Assembly: GCA_965223425.1 (NCBI GenBank)
Contig: OZ245003.1
Span: 2,080,001 to 2,144,000 of the forward strand
Direction: 5' to 3'
From: Nitrosopumilus sp.
GTDB lineage: Archaea > Thermoproteota > Nitrososphaeria > Nitrososphaerales > Nitrosopumilaceae
DNA: 64,000 nucleotides
Below, one piece after another: positions 1-10,343 of the stretch. Position numbers and translations under genes: made by a program. How positions within the stretch are numbered: the stretch's first letter is position 1; the number at the start of each line of letters is the position of its first letter. A model generated the notes under the pieces. The model ran no database searches and had not been told where the DNA came from. It worked only from the letters and a program-made list of their open reading frames with translations.

Positions 1-341
1 GTGGTTTTACCACTGCCCTGAATTCCAAGTAAAATTATTTTATTTTGTCTTCCAGGTTTAAAATCAAAATCAGACTCATTTCCTAATAATTTTGAGAGTT
101 GATCATAAAGTATCTTTACGATATGATCCTTTCGTGAAAGACCGGGAGGAGGAGTCTCATTTAATGCCCGTTCTTCAAGTTGCTTTGTAATCTCTAGGAC
201 TAGTCTAACATTTACATCAGACTGTAATAATGCCCTTTGAACGTCTTTAGAGAGATCTTTGATTAGTTCTTCATCTATACCTGAAGATTTGACAATTTTT
301 TTGATTGCAGCACCCAAGCTGTCCTTTAATCCATCAAGCAT
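1..341 (-). CDS. srp54: Signal recognition particle protein SRP54, N-terminal part (runs off window)
   Basis: Manual translation MLDGLKDSLGAAIKKIVKSSGIDEELIK...DVQRALLQSDVNV...LLGIQGSGKTT: N domain plus G1 P-loop of SRP GTPases. Confidence 0.93.
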   Translation of the reverse strand, partial: MLDGLKDSLGAAIKKIVKSSGIDEELIKDLSKDVQRALLQSDVNVRLVLEITKQLEERALNETPPPGLSRKDHIVKILYDQLSKLLGNESDFDFKPGRQNKIILLGIQGSGKT

Positions 342-1023
342 TGTAGTTCAACTCCGCATCCACTATTTCAAACCTTCCTCTATACCCATCCCATGTTTTA
401 TTGGCACGGTTAATTTTGATCGGGGTTGAAAAGAGAGGACAGTCAATCACAAACGTTTCTGCTTCACCTCCTTCAAAATTTAAGTTAAAACCAAATTTAT
501 CAGATAGGGATTGCAAAGTATCAAGATCAGGTTTTGTAACAGATCTGCCAAGCCAAGTGCCATCTAAACCATCAGAAGACACAGTTATCATTATAAAATC
601 AAAATTTGAATCAAGTAGATCATTCATGTATTGCTTTGGCTCGGCATTCCACAATGGAGAGACTGCAGCTAAATTTAATTTCGAGCAAAGAGTTTCAAAT
701 TTTTCTTTTTGAAATTGGCTTTTGATTCCACCATGAACCAATCCCTCAATATGGAATTGTTCTTTAGCATTTTGGATCAAAGTTTCCAGCACAGATAATT
801 CATCATCAGTGTCATCAGAATCAGAACTGATGGTAAGTTGGGGGATCTTCATAGATTCTGATTGTAATTTTGTCCAATGTAAATTTGGATGATGCAGCAA
901 ATGACTTTCCTCAGATTTTGTAAACACACTTAGGAGACACGTTACTTCATGTCCTAGTTTTTGTGCCATATGTATTGCATATGTGCTATCTTTTCCGCCT
1001 GAAAAAAGAGAACCTAATTTCAT
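334..1023 (-). CDS. dph6: Diphthine--ammonia ligase (PP-loop ATP pyrophosphatase)
   Basis: LFSGGKDS PP-loop and FEGGEAETFVIDCPLF motif. Confidence 0.88.
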   Translation of the reverse strand: MKLGSLFSGGKDSTYAIHMAQKLGHEVTCLLSVFTKSEESHLLHHPNLHWTKLQSESMKIPQLTISSDSDDTDDELSVLETLIQNAKEQFHIEGLVHGGIKSQFQKEKFETLCSKLNLAAVSPLWNAEPKQYMNDLLDSNFDFIMITVSSDGLDGTWLGRSVTKPDLDTLQSLSDKFGFNLNFEGGEAETFVIDCPLFSTPIKINRANKTWDGYRGRFEIVDAELNYNA

Positions 1024-1137
1024 GATCTAAAATGTTTGATTCAACAAACCTTTGAAATTTGTTGAAAAAGGATGCCTCATCACTCATAATCCTCATCAAA
1101 AATCAGACGGCTTTTCCGCTCATCATCAGCATCCACA

Positions 1138-1548
1138 TCAGTTCTTAATGCGCATGATTTTAGTTTTATCCATTACAACCCAATATTCTACATTTTGTCC
1201 ATTTTCCAATTTACCGCTAACTTCGTCATCAGTCATGGATACGTCAATTGTTTCAAAAGTTTCAGAGTCCATAACTTGAACTGTGTCACCGTTTATGGAG
1301 ATTATTTGGCCTACTTTTTTGTTAATCATCGGAACATGGATTTGCATGCTGACAGGCCCCACATGAGGTCTTTTTTGACCATCAAAAATTCCTTCTCCAA
1401 CAATTCTGGCTTTTGCTGCACCATGCTTTCCTGGTTTTGATGTATCATATTCAGTGATTCTGCATGGTTCACCACTTGGTTGATCAGAATGTGGTAATAG
1501 AATGTAAGAACCTATCTTCAAAGAACCAAGGTCCGATGGTTTGCTCAT
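1138..1548 (-). CDS. eif5a: Translation factor aIF5A/eIF5A
   Basis: SKPGKHGAAKARI hypusine motif. Confidence 0.97.
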   Translation of the reverse strand: MSKPSDLGSLKIGSYILLPHSDQPSGEPCRITEYDTSKPGKHGAAKARIVGEGIFDGQKRPHVGPVSMQIHVPMINKKVGQIISINGDTVQVMDSETFETIDVSMTDDEVSGKLENGQNVEYWVVMDKTKIMRIKN

Positions 1549-1582
1549 GAAAAAACAGTTTTTCGTCGAATATTTAACTTTT

Positions 1583-2194
1583 CTATTTTAGTTGATCAAG
1601 AATTGAAAGGCTCATCAAGTTAGTCATTATCAATCCTTTCCTGTTTACATCACGTCGTGTTTGCTCACAGTATTTCTTTACGCTTTGATGACTCTTTTCG
1701 CTTGCAACTTCAATGACTACAATATCTTCAGAGTATGGAAACGTGAATTTTGAAGGAGTTAAGCAAAACGTATTCATGTTTCCAAGTCCTGCCTTTTCAA
1801 CTTTTTCTCTTTTTAGTAAAAGATTTGCAATTTCTTGCAGATCTTCATCGTTTTCCCCGTATTCTATGTAGTATATTGAGACAAAATTTGTTTCTCCTTG
1901 GACTTCTCTTTGGAAGAGGTCGTCTTGTATGTTAAACACAAAAGATGTTTTGTCTTGATTATGTTTAGAAAGATCTTTGGATGTCTCCTCGTTGTCCTTG
2001 AATTTGGCTAGAAGATAATGGTTAGTAGAATCAGAAAAGTACGGCTTGCTTTCACTAGAAAATGTACCTGTGACAAAAAATAATTTTTCAATGTTTTTTG
2101 AATTAATCCAAGACTCTTTTAGCTCAACGGATTCATGTGTATGCAAATATGGGGCACAAACATAACCAGAATAGGAGAGTTTTAGCTCAGACAC
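1583..2194 (-). CDS. Hypothetical protein
   Basis: Long ORF in core-gene context; start placed at GTG 2194 because the longer ORF (to 2284) runs into the tRNA promoter region. Confidence 0.6.
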   Translation of the reverse strand: MSELKLSYSGYVCAPYLHTHESVELKESWINSKNIEKLFFVTGTFSSESKPYFSDSTNHYLLAKFKDNEETSKDLSKHNQDKTSFVFNIQDDLFQREVQGETNFVSIYYIEYGENDEDLQEIANLLLKREKVEKAGLGNMNTFCLTPSKFTFPYSEDIVVIEVASEKSHQSVKKYCEQTRRDVNRKGLIMTNLMSLSILDQLK

Positions 2195-2303
2195 AAAGCT
2201 ACAAAAACTTTTGAGGGTATTTATGCTTATAGAGATCCTACGATCAAGTGTGGGAATGCATCTACGATAGTTTTTTAATAGCATAGATCTTCGTTTTCCT
2301 TGT

Positions 2304-2427
2304 CCCGTGGTAGCTCAGCCTGGTAGAGCTTCCGGCTGTAGTTGTTGGCTTTAGATGGCTGACCAAATAACAGCATATCAGGCATACAGAAACCGGGTTG
2401 TCGGTGGTTCAACTCCGCCCCGCGGGA
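2304..2427 (+). tRNA. tRNA-Tyr(GTA) with ~50-nt intron at canonical 37/38 (about 2342-2391)
   Basis: Acceptor CCCGTGG/CCGCGGG+A, D arm TAGCTCAGCCTGGTAGAGC, anticodon TCCGG-CT-GTA, T arm GGTTCAACTCC; CTGTA/TACAG pairing across the intron. Confidence 0.92.
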
Positions 2428-2596
2428 CTCACAATCTGGTCTAAAATAGCCCGTTATCGTTCTTCGAATTCTGGGCGGACTGACTTTCCGTACAATAAAG
2501 CATACCAATAAAGGAACAAACAGGCTCGATGCCACATGGAACAGGGTGGATTGTGTTTTTTGTGACACCAAGTCCTGGTCGGATAGTATTTACTTT

Positions 2597-4276
2597 GTAA
2601 CAATTCGGATTTCTGGAGTGAATTTTGGGGTGCCGAAAGAGATAAAGATCACGGCTAGAACACACATGTGATGCCGGCGGAGTTTGATCCTACCCGCGTA
2701 GACTGGGACAACCAAGACACAAACTATCTCTTTAAGCATTTCAAATCAGTGTTTGATCAGGAGAGAAGAGAGAGAAAGTCGTTGGAAGAAAAAGTCAAGC
2801 AGCAAAATGATACAATCAAGCAGCAAAATGACACAATCAGGCAGCTGGAAGAAGAGAACAGGCAGCTAAGGACAGGATCCGCAACCCAAAAGCCGGCCAG
2901 GAAGGCAAGAAGCTACAATGTGAGAAAATTCAAGGAATATCCGCGGCCAAAAAGCGACAAAAATACCGGGATGCGCGACAGGGAACAGAAGACTGACATC
3001 CCAGTCACAGATCACAGGGACGCAGACATTTCATATTGTCCCGGATGCGGTCTCAGACTTGCAGACAGCAGTACCGATTACGACCGTGACATAACAGACA
3101 TACAGGACGGCAGGGCGCGCCGCATCAGATGGAGCGTGGCGCGCCGCTACTGCAGGAACTGTAAAACGTCACACTCCGCACGCATACCCGGCACCCTGTC
3201 CGGCTCTCAGTATGGAATCACGATAATCTCCCAGGTAGTGCTGATGCGTTGCATGGGCATACCGTTTGAAAGGATAACTGACCTATTTGACATGATATAC
3301 GGGATACAAATCCCGGGTTCAACGCTGGTCTCCATGTGCGAAAAGGCGGCATGCCAGATGAGGCCCGTCTACGACGGACTGCTTGCAGGGATGATTCACA
3401 GGGCTCGCGCCATATACGGGGACGAGACCGGATGGTTTCTCAACGGACTGCATTACTGGGTATGGGTTCTAGTCTCCACGCACGGCGTGATATACCACAT
3501 ATCATCGACGCGCAGCAAGCAGGTGGCAGAGGCACTGGCAGGTGAGTTTGACGGAATTGTAATATCGGACTCGTATCTGGCATGGAGTGGAGTAGGCCTG
3601 CTACACCAAAAGTGCCTGCTGCACTATTTCAGGGACATGTACAAGACCCTGGAGGAGAGCTGCAGTAACGAGTTTGCCACATTCTTCAAGAGACTGCACG
3701 GCATACTCAAGGATGCCATAGACGCACGGGAAAAGTACGACAGTAATGCGGTTCCAGCAGACGTCACACAAAGGCTGCAGGACAGGATAGACGCGCTGGC
3801 ACGGCAGTCATACGACGATGCGGACTGCCGGAGGTACGCAAAAAGGCTCAAAAGGGAGGGGGATCAGCTGCTGACGTTTCTAGAGCACGGCGTGGAATAC
3901 CACAACAACAAAAGCGAGAGGGCCCTGAGGATGTTTGCCACCATGCGCAAGGTCAGCTACGGCAGCAGATCCGAGAAGGGCATGTACATCACAGAGACGC
4001 TGGCAAGCATATACGCCACATGCAGGATGCGCGGTGCAAACCCGTACAGTTTTATCCTGGAATGCCTTGACGGCCGCAGAACCGACGGGATTCCCATGGC
4101 TTGTCCGGACAAAGCTGCGGCAGTAAAGTGTGTCTGTGCCTAAAACGCCGCAACATCGCGCACACATGTATGGGGCTGAGCGGCGTTTTTGCCGATTTTG
4201 AACTGTCACTATATAACGGGGCGTGATTTGTCTGTCAAAATAAATCCCCCACAACTCCACAAATCCGAATAGTTAC
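2597..4276 (+). mobile_element. IS66-family element, single-ORF (TnpC only) type
   Basis: Terminal IRs GTAACAATTCGGATTTCTGGAGT / GTAACTATTCGGATTTGTGGAGT; perfect 8-bp TSD TTTACTTT at 2589-2596 and 4277-4284. Confidence 0.93.
2668..4143 (+). CDS. IS66 transposase TnpC
   Basis: N-terminal coiled coil, CPGC...CRNC zinc finger, DETGW, SDSY, QKCLLHYFR, NNKSERALR motifs. Confidence 0.93.
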   Translation: MMPAEFDPTRVDWDNQDTNYLFKHFKSVFDQERRERKSLEEKVKQQNDTIKQQNDTIRQLEEENRQLRTGSATQKPARKARSYNVRKFKEYPRPKSDKNTGMRDREQKTDIPVTDHRDADISYCPGCGLRLADSSTDYDRDITDIQDGRARRIRWSVARRYCRNCKTSHSARIPGTLSGSQYGITIISQVVLMRCMGIPFERITDLFDMIYGIQIPGSTLVSMCEKAACQMRPVYDGLLAGMIHRARAIYGDETGWFLNGLHYWVWVLVSTHGVIYHISSTRSKQVAEALAGEFDGIVISDSYLAWSGVGLLHQKCLLHYFRDMYKTLEESCSNEFATFFKRLHGILKDAIDAREKYDSNAVPADVTQRLQDRIDALARQSYDDADCRRYAKRLKREGDQLLTFLEHGVEYHNNKSERALRMFATMRKVSYGSRSEKGMYITETLASIYATCRMRGANPYSFILECLDGRRTDGIPMACPDKAAAVKCVCA

Positions 4277-4581
4277 TTTACTTTAAAACAAGTTGTTAAT
4301 TAATTGGATCCTTTTTTTAATATGCGTGAACTGATTTTTTGTGCAGTCGTATATCTTTGAGCGAGTCGCCCTCATAATCACATCCAGGTACGCTACATTT
4401 TGACTTGAAATATTTCAATGAAAAAATAACAAAATGCTAAAATAAAAATCCTGTTTTGTAGGTGCTGTGTAATCTACGGTAGCTGTTTTCTAGTGTGTGG
4501 TGTAGGCAGCTGTGATTTTCTGGCATTTTGAATGTATTTAACCCAATAACCTTTTAAATAAAAAATACAATCAGAATAGAA

Positions 4582-5265
4582 ATGGATTTTATTGATGGAT
4601 TAAAAGAATCAAGAAATATTTATGCTGAATGTCCTCATTGTAATTTTATTTTTTCTTTGTTTAATGCTAGATTAATGCATGGAAAAAATCCACCTAAAGA
4701 CCTATTAGCAAAATCAGAAAAACAAACAAAGATAGCATTAGAGAAATTAGAACAATTCAAAGAAAAATATGAATTTGATTTAGAGGAACTAAACCAAAAA
4801 ATGAATGAATCTACATATAGATTAAAAGATAAAATTAATCTAATGAATGAGGAATACAAAAACAATAAGAGAATGCTTTCTGAAAAAATAAGACATATGA
4901 AATCAGATATTGCATACTCACAAAAAGAAATAATTAAAGAAAAGACACAGTTAGCTTTACTTCGGTCAAGAAGTGTAATAGAGGGTCACATTGCAGAATT
5001 ATTTCCATTTTTCAATAAAACAAACTATAATCCAGCTGATCTATGTGCATTAATGCCAACCCAACCTATCGATTTTATTGTATTTGATGGACTGTTCAAA
5101 AAAGATGTTTCATCCATAACTTTTCTTGATGTGAAAAAAGGTAGATCTCAATTAAATTCAACTCAAAAACAGATTAAAGATGTAATCAAAAATGGAAATG
5201 TTCACATGAAAAAACTTAGAGTGAATTTTGACAATGTTAAAGGAAATGCTAAGGAAGAATCATAA
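4582..5265 (+). CDS. Holliday-junction-resolvase-like endonuclease (Endonuc_Holl type) with coiled coil
   Basis: SRSVIEGHIAE, PIDFIVFDGL, FLDVKKGRSQL...QKQIK PD-(D/E)xK-type motifs; AT-rich. Confidence 0.75.
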   Translation: MDFIDGLKESRNIYAECPHCNFIFSLFNARLMHGKNPPKDLLAKSEKQTKIALEKLEQFKEKYEFDLEELNQKMNESTYRLKDKINLMNEEYKNNKRMLSEKIRHMKSDIAYSQKEIIKEKTQLALLRSRSVIEGHIAELFPFFNKTNYNPADLCALMPTQPIDFIVFDGLFKKDVSSITFLDVKKGRSQLNSTQKQIKDVIKNGNVHMKKLRVNFDNVKGNAKEES

Positions 5266-5332
5266 ATTTATCATCCTAGAATCTGATGATCTACCAGAAT
5301 CAACCCTATAACGAAACATTTTTGATCAAGAA

Positions 5333-5842
5333 GTGTATTTCTACAACCATAATATGAGAAAAATATTTACCAAGACAGCTTCAAAGCGCAATCAAATGAT
5401 CAGAACAAAATCAATCTACAAACAAGCGGATGAAGAAGATGGACTTAGAGTTTTGATCACACGTTTTTATCCAAGAGGTGTTAAGCGAGAAAAATACGAT
5501 ATTTGGGTAAGGTCATTAGCTCCCAGTACTGAACTTCTAAAGAGATACAAAAATACTGAAATAGATTGGGATGATTTTAAAACTACGTTATTTTATGAGT
5601 TAAGAGACAACATAGATAGTGTTGAAGCAATTTACACATTGCAGACAAAAAACATGATGCAAAATGTAACTTTACTGTGTTATGAAAAGGATGGATGTCC
5701 ATGTCATAGACACATGGTTAGGGATTTGATAGAAGACCCTAGATTGTTAGATACCAAGTTTATACCTAAAAACACTGATTATCATAAACCTACTCCTGTG
5801 AAGATTCATGTTACCAACAAGAAACGATTGATCATATCCTAA
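5333..5842 (+). CDS. DUF488 (YeaO-like) protein; true start probably at MIRTKSIY
   Basis: DGLRVLITRFYPRGV, LAPSTELL, TLLCYE...CHR motifs. Confidence 0.85.
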   Translation: MYFYNHNMRKIFTKTASKRNQMIRTKSIYKQADEEDGLRVLITRFYPRGVKREKYDIWVRSLAPSTELLKRYKNTEIDWDDFKTTLFYELRDNIDSVEAIYTLQTKNMMQNVTLLCYEKDGCPCHRHMVRDLIEDPRLLDTKFIPKNTDYHKPTPVKIHVTNKKRLIIS

Positions 5843-6532
5843 TTCATCAATGTGAAGATTCTTCCACATCTGCTCTTTATTGTCATAATCATTGCGTAAC
5901 CATTCATACACACCCCATTCTAAAATTCCTTGCTTGTGGTATTGTTTTTTTGTTCTACATTTTGGACAACTATAAGATACAACAGGACGCACACCATAAT
6001 TTCGTATGGTCATAAACAAATCGTCATTAACTAATGTGGATTGGACAGTGGAATCTACATCTTTTCTCTCTTCAAATTTTTTATCAATTATTTTTGGTAT
6101 GATTATACCTAAACTGATTTTCTGATCATTCATGTCTTCAATACAATCATAACTGTAATTTGTTTTTAGATATTCAACAAGTTCGACCCATTCTTTTCTT
6201 GACAATTTTCTTTTTACTTTGATTTTATCGGATAGTGTATTCCACTCTGCCTTTGAACCTTGAATTTTCCAGCTCTCTGCTCTGCTGTCTCTAGAATTAC
6301 GTTCTAAAGGAATATCAATTACATTCCATCTCTTCATGGGTGAGTTTGGCGGTACTGGATAAATTCTAATCATTCCATGTTCTTTTGAAAAAGCTACTGT
6401 GCATACTGTTTTTCTATTATCGCTAATTTCATCAGGTACAGCATTTCCCAAGACTATAAGATCCTCAAAATATCTTTTCTCTATTTCTTGCTTGGATTCA
6501 GTATCATCATATTGTTTTAACCCATCAGACAT
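5747..6532 (-). CDS. Hypothetical protein of a type I recall next to DUF488 genes
   Basis: VLGNAVP...TVCTVAF...IRIYPVP N-terminus, CPKC...H motif, EWG, FLVGN; start placed at MSDGLK overlapping the upstream stop. Confidence 0.6.
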   Translation of the reverse strand: MSDGLKQYDDTESKQEIEKRYFEDLIVLGNAVPDEISDNRKTVCTVAFSKEHGMIRIYPVPPNSPMKRWNVIDIPLERNSRDSRAESWKIQGSKAEWNTLSDKIKVKRKLSRKEWVELVEYLKTNYSYDCIEDMNDQKISLGIIIPKIIDKKFEERKDVDSTVQSTLVNDDLFMTIRNYGVRPVVSYSCPKCRTKKQYHKQGILEWGVYEWLRNDYDNKEQMWKNLHIDELGYDQSFLVGNMNLHRSRFMIISVFRYKLGI

Positions 6533-6932
6533 GATTGACTCTCCAAATAACGCCATTTGTGTCTCTAATTCGTTTTAATCCAATATCTTTCTCTAGCTGT
6601 CTAACCCATTTGTTGTTTGGTACTATTTGCTCTAATTCCAGTAATTCCTTTAATTCTGTCCATGTCATACCGTTATCTTTATGTTCTAATGCACTCTTGA
6701 TTTTATCTCTAAATTCTGAATAAGGCATCTTCGGTTCTAATGATTTTGGTGTTTTATTTTTGACAGGTTTTGAAATAAAACTAATTTGGATTCCATTACC
6801 TTTTATCATAGCCTCTAATTCACTCCCAGATTCCCATTTTAACTGATTAATCAAATCTTCTTGTAAAGTTACAATATGCTTGAATTGTGGCCTGTCACCA
6901 TAATTATAGGCATGAACTTTTTGCAATTTCAT
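6525..6932 (-). CDS. AbrB/SpoVT-like N-terminal domain fused to winged-helix-like domain; putative regulator
   Basis: IVTLQEDLINQLKWESGSELE AbrB-like pattern; GMTWTELKELL...GLKR wHTH-like C-terminus. Confidence 0.55.
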   Translation of the reverse strand: MKLQKVHAYNYGDRPQFKHIVTLQEDLINQLKWESGSELEAMIKGNGIQISFISKPVKNKTPKSLEPKMPYSEFRDKIKSALEHKDNGMTWTELKELLELEQIVPNNKWVRQLEKDIGLKRIRDTNGVIWRVNHV

Positions 6933-7011
6933 AACATCACTCTTTCTTCCATGTATTTTAAATTATGGTATCACAATGTATATACAATTATGATATCATA
7001 ATTATAACTAC

Positions 7012-7850
7012 AATGAATAAACAAAATTTACGTGAGTAATGAAGCAAAGAAATAACACAAAAGAATAATCAAATTCGTAGAACTACTACATATTACAAAG
7101 TAAATTCCCAATCAAGAGACAAACAGCATGATGTTATTGCTTTGGAATCTGGTTGGTTTTGCTCCTGCGAAGATCATTATTTCAGAAAGACATGCTGTAA
7201 GCACATTCATGCAGTAGAGATTTCAATAGAGATCAGAAAAACAGCAAAACGATAAACAACAATCAGGCCAGTAAATGTAAGCATTTGTCCAAGATGTAAT
7301 TCTAACAACATCAAAAAGATAAGCGTAAGGCACAACAAGAACTATGATATTCAGATGGATGATTACAAGTATTACAACAGAAAATTCTCGATGAATCTAG
7401 GATTTGAGGGGCTAAAGGCAACGCTGAACGGTTACTACATCAATGAATCTGTACTTCAATGGCGAATCACTACGTCATGTTGCAGATTCGAGATTGTTTG
7501 GTGTTGATATCACACACAAGATCATTGAAAACTGGATAAAAAAATACATTAGATTAATAGAGCGGCATATCGAATCCATTACGCTCCAAGTTTCAGAAAA
7601 ATGGAGAACCGACAAGATGTATCTCAAAATTAAGGATAACCGAAAATATCTCTATGCATTGGTTGATGATGAAGCTCGTTACTGGGTATCTAAACAGGTT
7701 TCAGATCACAAGTACACTCAGGATGTAAGACTAATGTTCAAAAATGGCGTTAAAGTTGCAAAAAAGAAACCTGCAATTCTGATTTCAAACGGAGTTCAAA
7801 ACTTTCATGGAGCTTGATGTGATGAAGTGCACTGGCAGAAAACCTATCGC
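7012..7850 (+). pseudogene. Degraded IS6-type transposase with N-terminal SWIM finger
   Basis: CSCEDH...CCKHIHAV SWIM, CPRCNS finger, WRTDKMYLKIK..KYLYALVDDEARYW DDE region; stops and frameshifts. Confidence 0.75.
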
Positions 7851-7890
7851 GGTAAAAGACTCTTGATTCACACTATAGTCATCATTTTGG

Positions 7891-8574
7891 TCAAAGACGG
7901 AATGATGATTTGAAATTACAGTAAAAATTCTCCATGTTTGATTTTACAATTGAAATATTTTCATCAATATCAGAACGGATTTTTTGTGGGTCGATGTATG
8001 GGATTTTTTCTAGTTTTTCTTCTGTGTTGTCAAGCCAAAGATTAGCCATTTCCTCATTTACCTCCAGATGGAATTGTAATCCGACTGCACTTTTGTATTG
8101 AAACGCCTGATTCAGATAATGTTCAGATGAGGCCAATCTGACGGCTCCGTCAGGTAAATCAAACGTATCTCCATGCCAGTGAAAAACAGTGAACGGGTTC
8201 TTGAAGCCAGAAAAAAATGAAGAGTCATCATAAATGGCCAAATCACTGTAAAACCCAATTTCCTTTTGTGATCCAGCGTACACTTTGGCGCCAAAAGTTT
8301 TTGCAATTAGTTGAGAGCCTAAACAAATTCCAAGAACAGGAACACCTGCATCAACACAGCTTTTGATTAATTGCTGCTCTGCTTTGAGATAAGGCAGATC
8401 ATCGTTTGCACTTTCAGGGGCCCCCAGTATTACAACCAGAGAAAAGTCTTTCTCGGGAAGTTGTTCATGTTTTGCATTTATTGATGTGATCTCAAATCCA
8501 TCGTCATTTAGTAACTCGCCTAAATATCCCGAGCCCTCGATGCGAGCGTTTTGTACAAGTAAAACACCAGACAT
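7891..8574 (-). CDS. Class I glutamine amidotransferase (GMP-synthase-like)
   Basis: GICLGSQL, FHWHGD, QFHLE catalytic motifs. Confidence 0.9.
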   Translation of the reverse strand: MSGVLLVQNARIEGSGYLGELLNDDGFEITSINAKHEQLPEKDFSLVVILGAPESANDDLPYLKAEQQLIKSCVDAGVPVLGICLGSQLIAKTFGAKVYAGSQKEIGFYSDLAIYDDSSFFSGFKNPFTVFHWHGDTFDLPDGAVRLASSEHYLNQAFQYKSAVGLQFHLEVNEEMANLWLDNTEEKLEKIPYIDPQKIRSDIDENISIVKSNMENFYCNFKSSFRL

Positions 8575-8623
8575 TGTTTTCCATATGCAAAAGATCTTAA
8601 TATGTTAAGATACATCACAAAGT

Positions 8624-9001
8624 GTGGTTATCTCCGAACAAGAAATTTCCGAGATCAAGAATTTTGTTGTTCAGTTGAACTCTGCAGAAGACAGTGTCAT
8701 TGTAGTTGAAGGAAAAAGAGATTCAGCTGCACTAAAAAAACTAGGATGCTCAGGAAAAATTTTAGAATTTCATAAATTTGGAGGAATGATAAAATTTGCC
8801 GACTCGGTTGCAAAATATAAAAGAATCATCATACTTTTTGACAGGGATAAAAAAGGAAGACATCTCACAGACAAAACAATTCAGTTATTGCAAAGAAGAA
8901 CAAGAGTGGATCTTTCTTTCAAGAGAAAGCTTCGAGAAATAACAAAGGGGAAAATAATTTTTATTGAACAACTAGTTTGCTATGAATCGTATCTGGTCTA
9001 G
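8624..9001 (+). CDS. Small TOPRIM-domain protein
   Basis: VIVVEGKRD and ILFDRDKKG motifs. Confidence 0.85.
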   Translation: MVISEQEISEIKNFVVQLNSAEDSVIVVEGKRDSAALKKLGCSGKILEFHKFGGMIKFADSVAKYKRIIILFDRDKKGRHLTDKTIQLLQRRTRVDLSFKRKLREITKGKIIFIEQLVCYESYLV

Positions 9002-9003
9002 GT

Positions 9004-10302
9004 TTATGGCCAGATTCCTTTTTGGTTAAAGGCCTCTACCACTCTGTCAACAGCTAAAGCCATGGTTGCCTTTCTCATGTCAATTTTGTGTTTCTTGGAG
9101 AGAGCATAGGCATCTTTGAATCCTTTGGTGATATTTTTCTCCATCTTGTTTGCAACCTCATCAAATGACCAATAGTAACCCATATTGTTTTGTACCCATT
9201 CCAGGTATGAAATACAAACACCGCCAGAGTTTGCCAGAATATCAGGAATAACCAAAATGTCCTTTTTGTAGATAATTGGATCTGCTTCGGGTAATGTCGG
9301 ACCGTTTGCAGCTTCTGCAATAATTTTACATTTGAGGTTTTTGGCAACCTTTGCATTGATTTGATTCTCTAATGCACCGGGAACTAGAACATCGCATTTG
9401 GTGGTAAGCAGCTGTTCAGTTGAGATTTTTTTGCTTTCAGGAAACCCAACAACGGAGCCTTTCTTTTGTTTGTGTTCTAAGATTTTACTAACCTTGGCGC
9501 CTTTTGGAATTGAAACAGAGCCTTTAGAGTCACTTGCGCCAATAACTTTTGCGCCCATCTTTTCAAGATACTCGCCTGCAAATGTTGATGCGTTTCCAAA
9601 TCCTTGTAAAACAACTTTGGCACCTTTTAGACTTGCTTTCAATGTCTTTGCGGCCTCTCTTACAGTATATGCTACTCCTAAACCTGTTGCAACATTTCTT
9701 GCAAGAGAGCCTCCCATTGAAATTGGTTTTCCAGTAATTACTCCCGGAGAATATTTGTTATCGTTAAGTTTGCTAAACGTATCCATGATTTGAGTCATTT
9801 CTCGTCCTGTTGTGTAAACGTCAGGAGCTGGAACATCTTTTTGAGGTCCGATAACTTCAGCAATTTTGTATGCAAATCCTCTGGTTAATCTTTCTAATTC
9901 CCCATCACTGAGTTTCTCAGTTTTTGGATTAACATAGATTCCGCCTTTGCCTCCACCTAATGGGATGTCTACTATGGCACATTTCCATGTCATCCAAGAT
10001 GAAAGTGCCATGACTTCGCGTTCCATGTATTCCACTCCGCCTTCGGGGTTGAAGTAACGAATACCGCCTTTGTATGGGCCCCTGTCGTTGTTGTGCTGGC
10101 TTCTAAAACCCATAAAGACCCTAATTTTTCCATTATCCATTTTTACTGGAATCTTAACTCTCAAAACTCTATTTGGTATTGCCAAATATTCACGCAATCC
10201 CTTGTCTTTAATTCCCAGAACATCGCATGCATCATTTACTTGCTTTGTTGCGTTTGCAAAAGGATCATTCTTTACCAAGGGCAATTTTTTCAATGGGCTC
10301 AT
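9004..10302 (-). CDS. gdhA: Glutamate dehydrogenase
   Basis: GPYKGGIRY, GGGKGG, DVPAPDV, QGFGN, EAANGP motifs. Confidence 0.96.
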   Translation of the reverse strand: MSPLKKLPLVKNDPFANATKQVNDACDVLGIKDKGLREYLAIPNRVLRVKIPVKMDNGKIRVFMGFRSQHNNDRGPYKGGIRYFNPEGGVEYMEREVMALSSWMTWKCAIVDIPLGGGKGGIYVNPKTEKLSDGELERLTRGFAYKIAEVIGPQKDVPAPDVYTTGREMTQIMDTFSKLNDNKYSPGVITGKPISMGGSLARNVATGLGVAYTVREAAKTLKASLKGAKVVLQGFGNASTFAGEYLEKMGAKVIGASDSKGSVSIPKGAKVSKILEHKQKKGSVVGFPESKKISTEQLLTTKCDVLVPGALENQINAKVAKNLKCKIIAEAANGPTLPEADPIIYKKDILVIPDILANSGGVCISYLEWVQNNMGYYWSFDEVANKMEKNITKGFKDAYALSKKHKIDMRKATMALAVDRVVEAFNQKGIWP

Positions 10303-10343
10303 TAATTTAAGTTTAATGAAAAAACTCAGATCGCAAAAATTGT

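Noticed and set aside
2304-7890. attL/attR duplication of the tRNA-Tyr 3' end
   Set aside because: No second copy of the tRNA end noticed at the island's right border, and no integrase in this island
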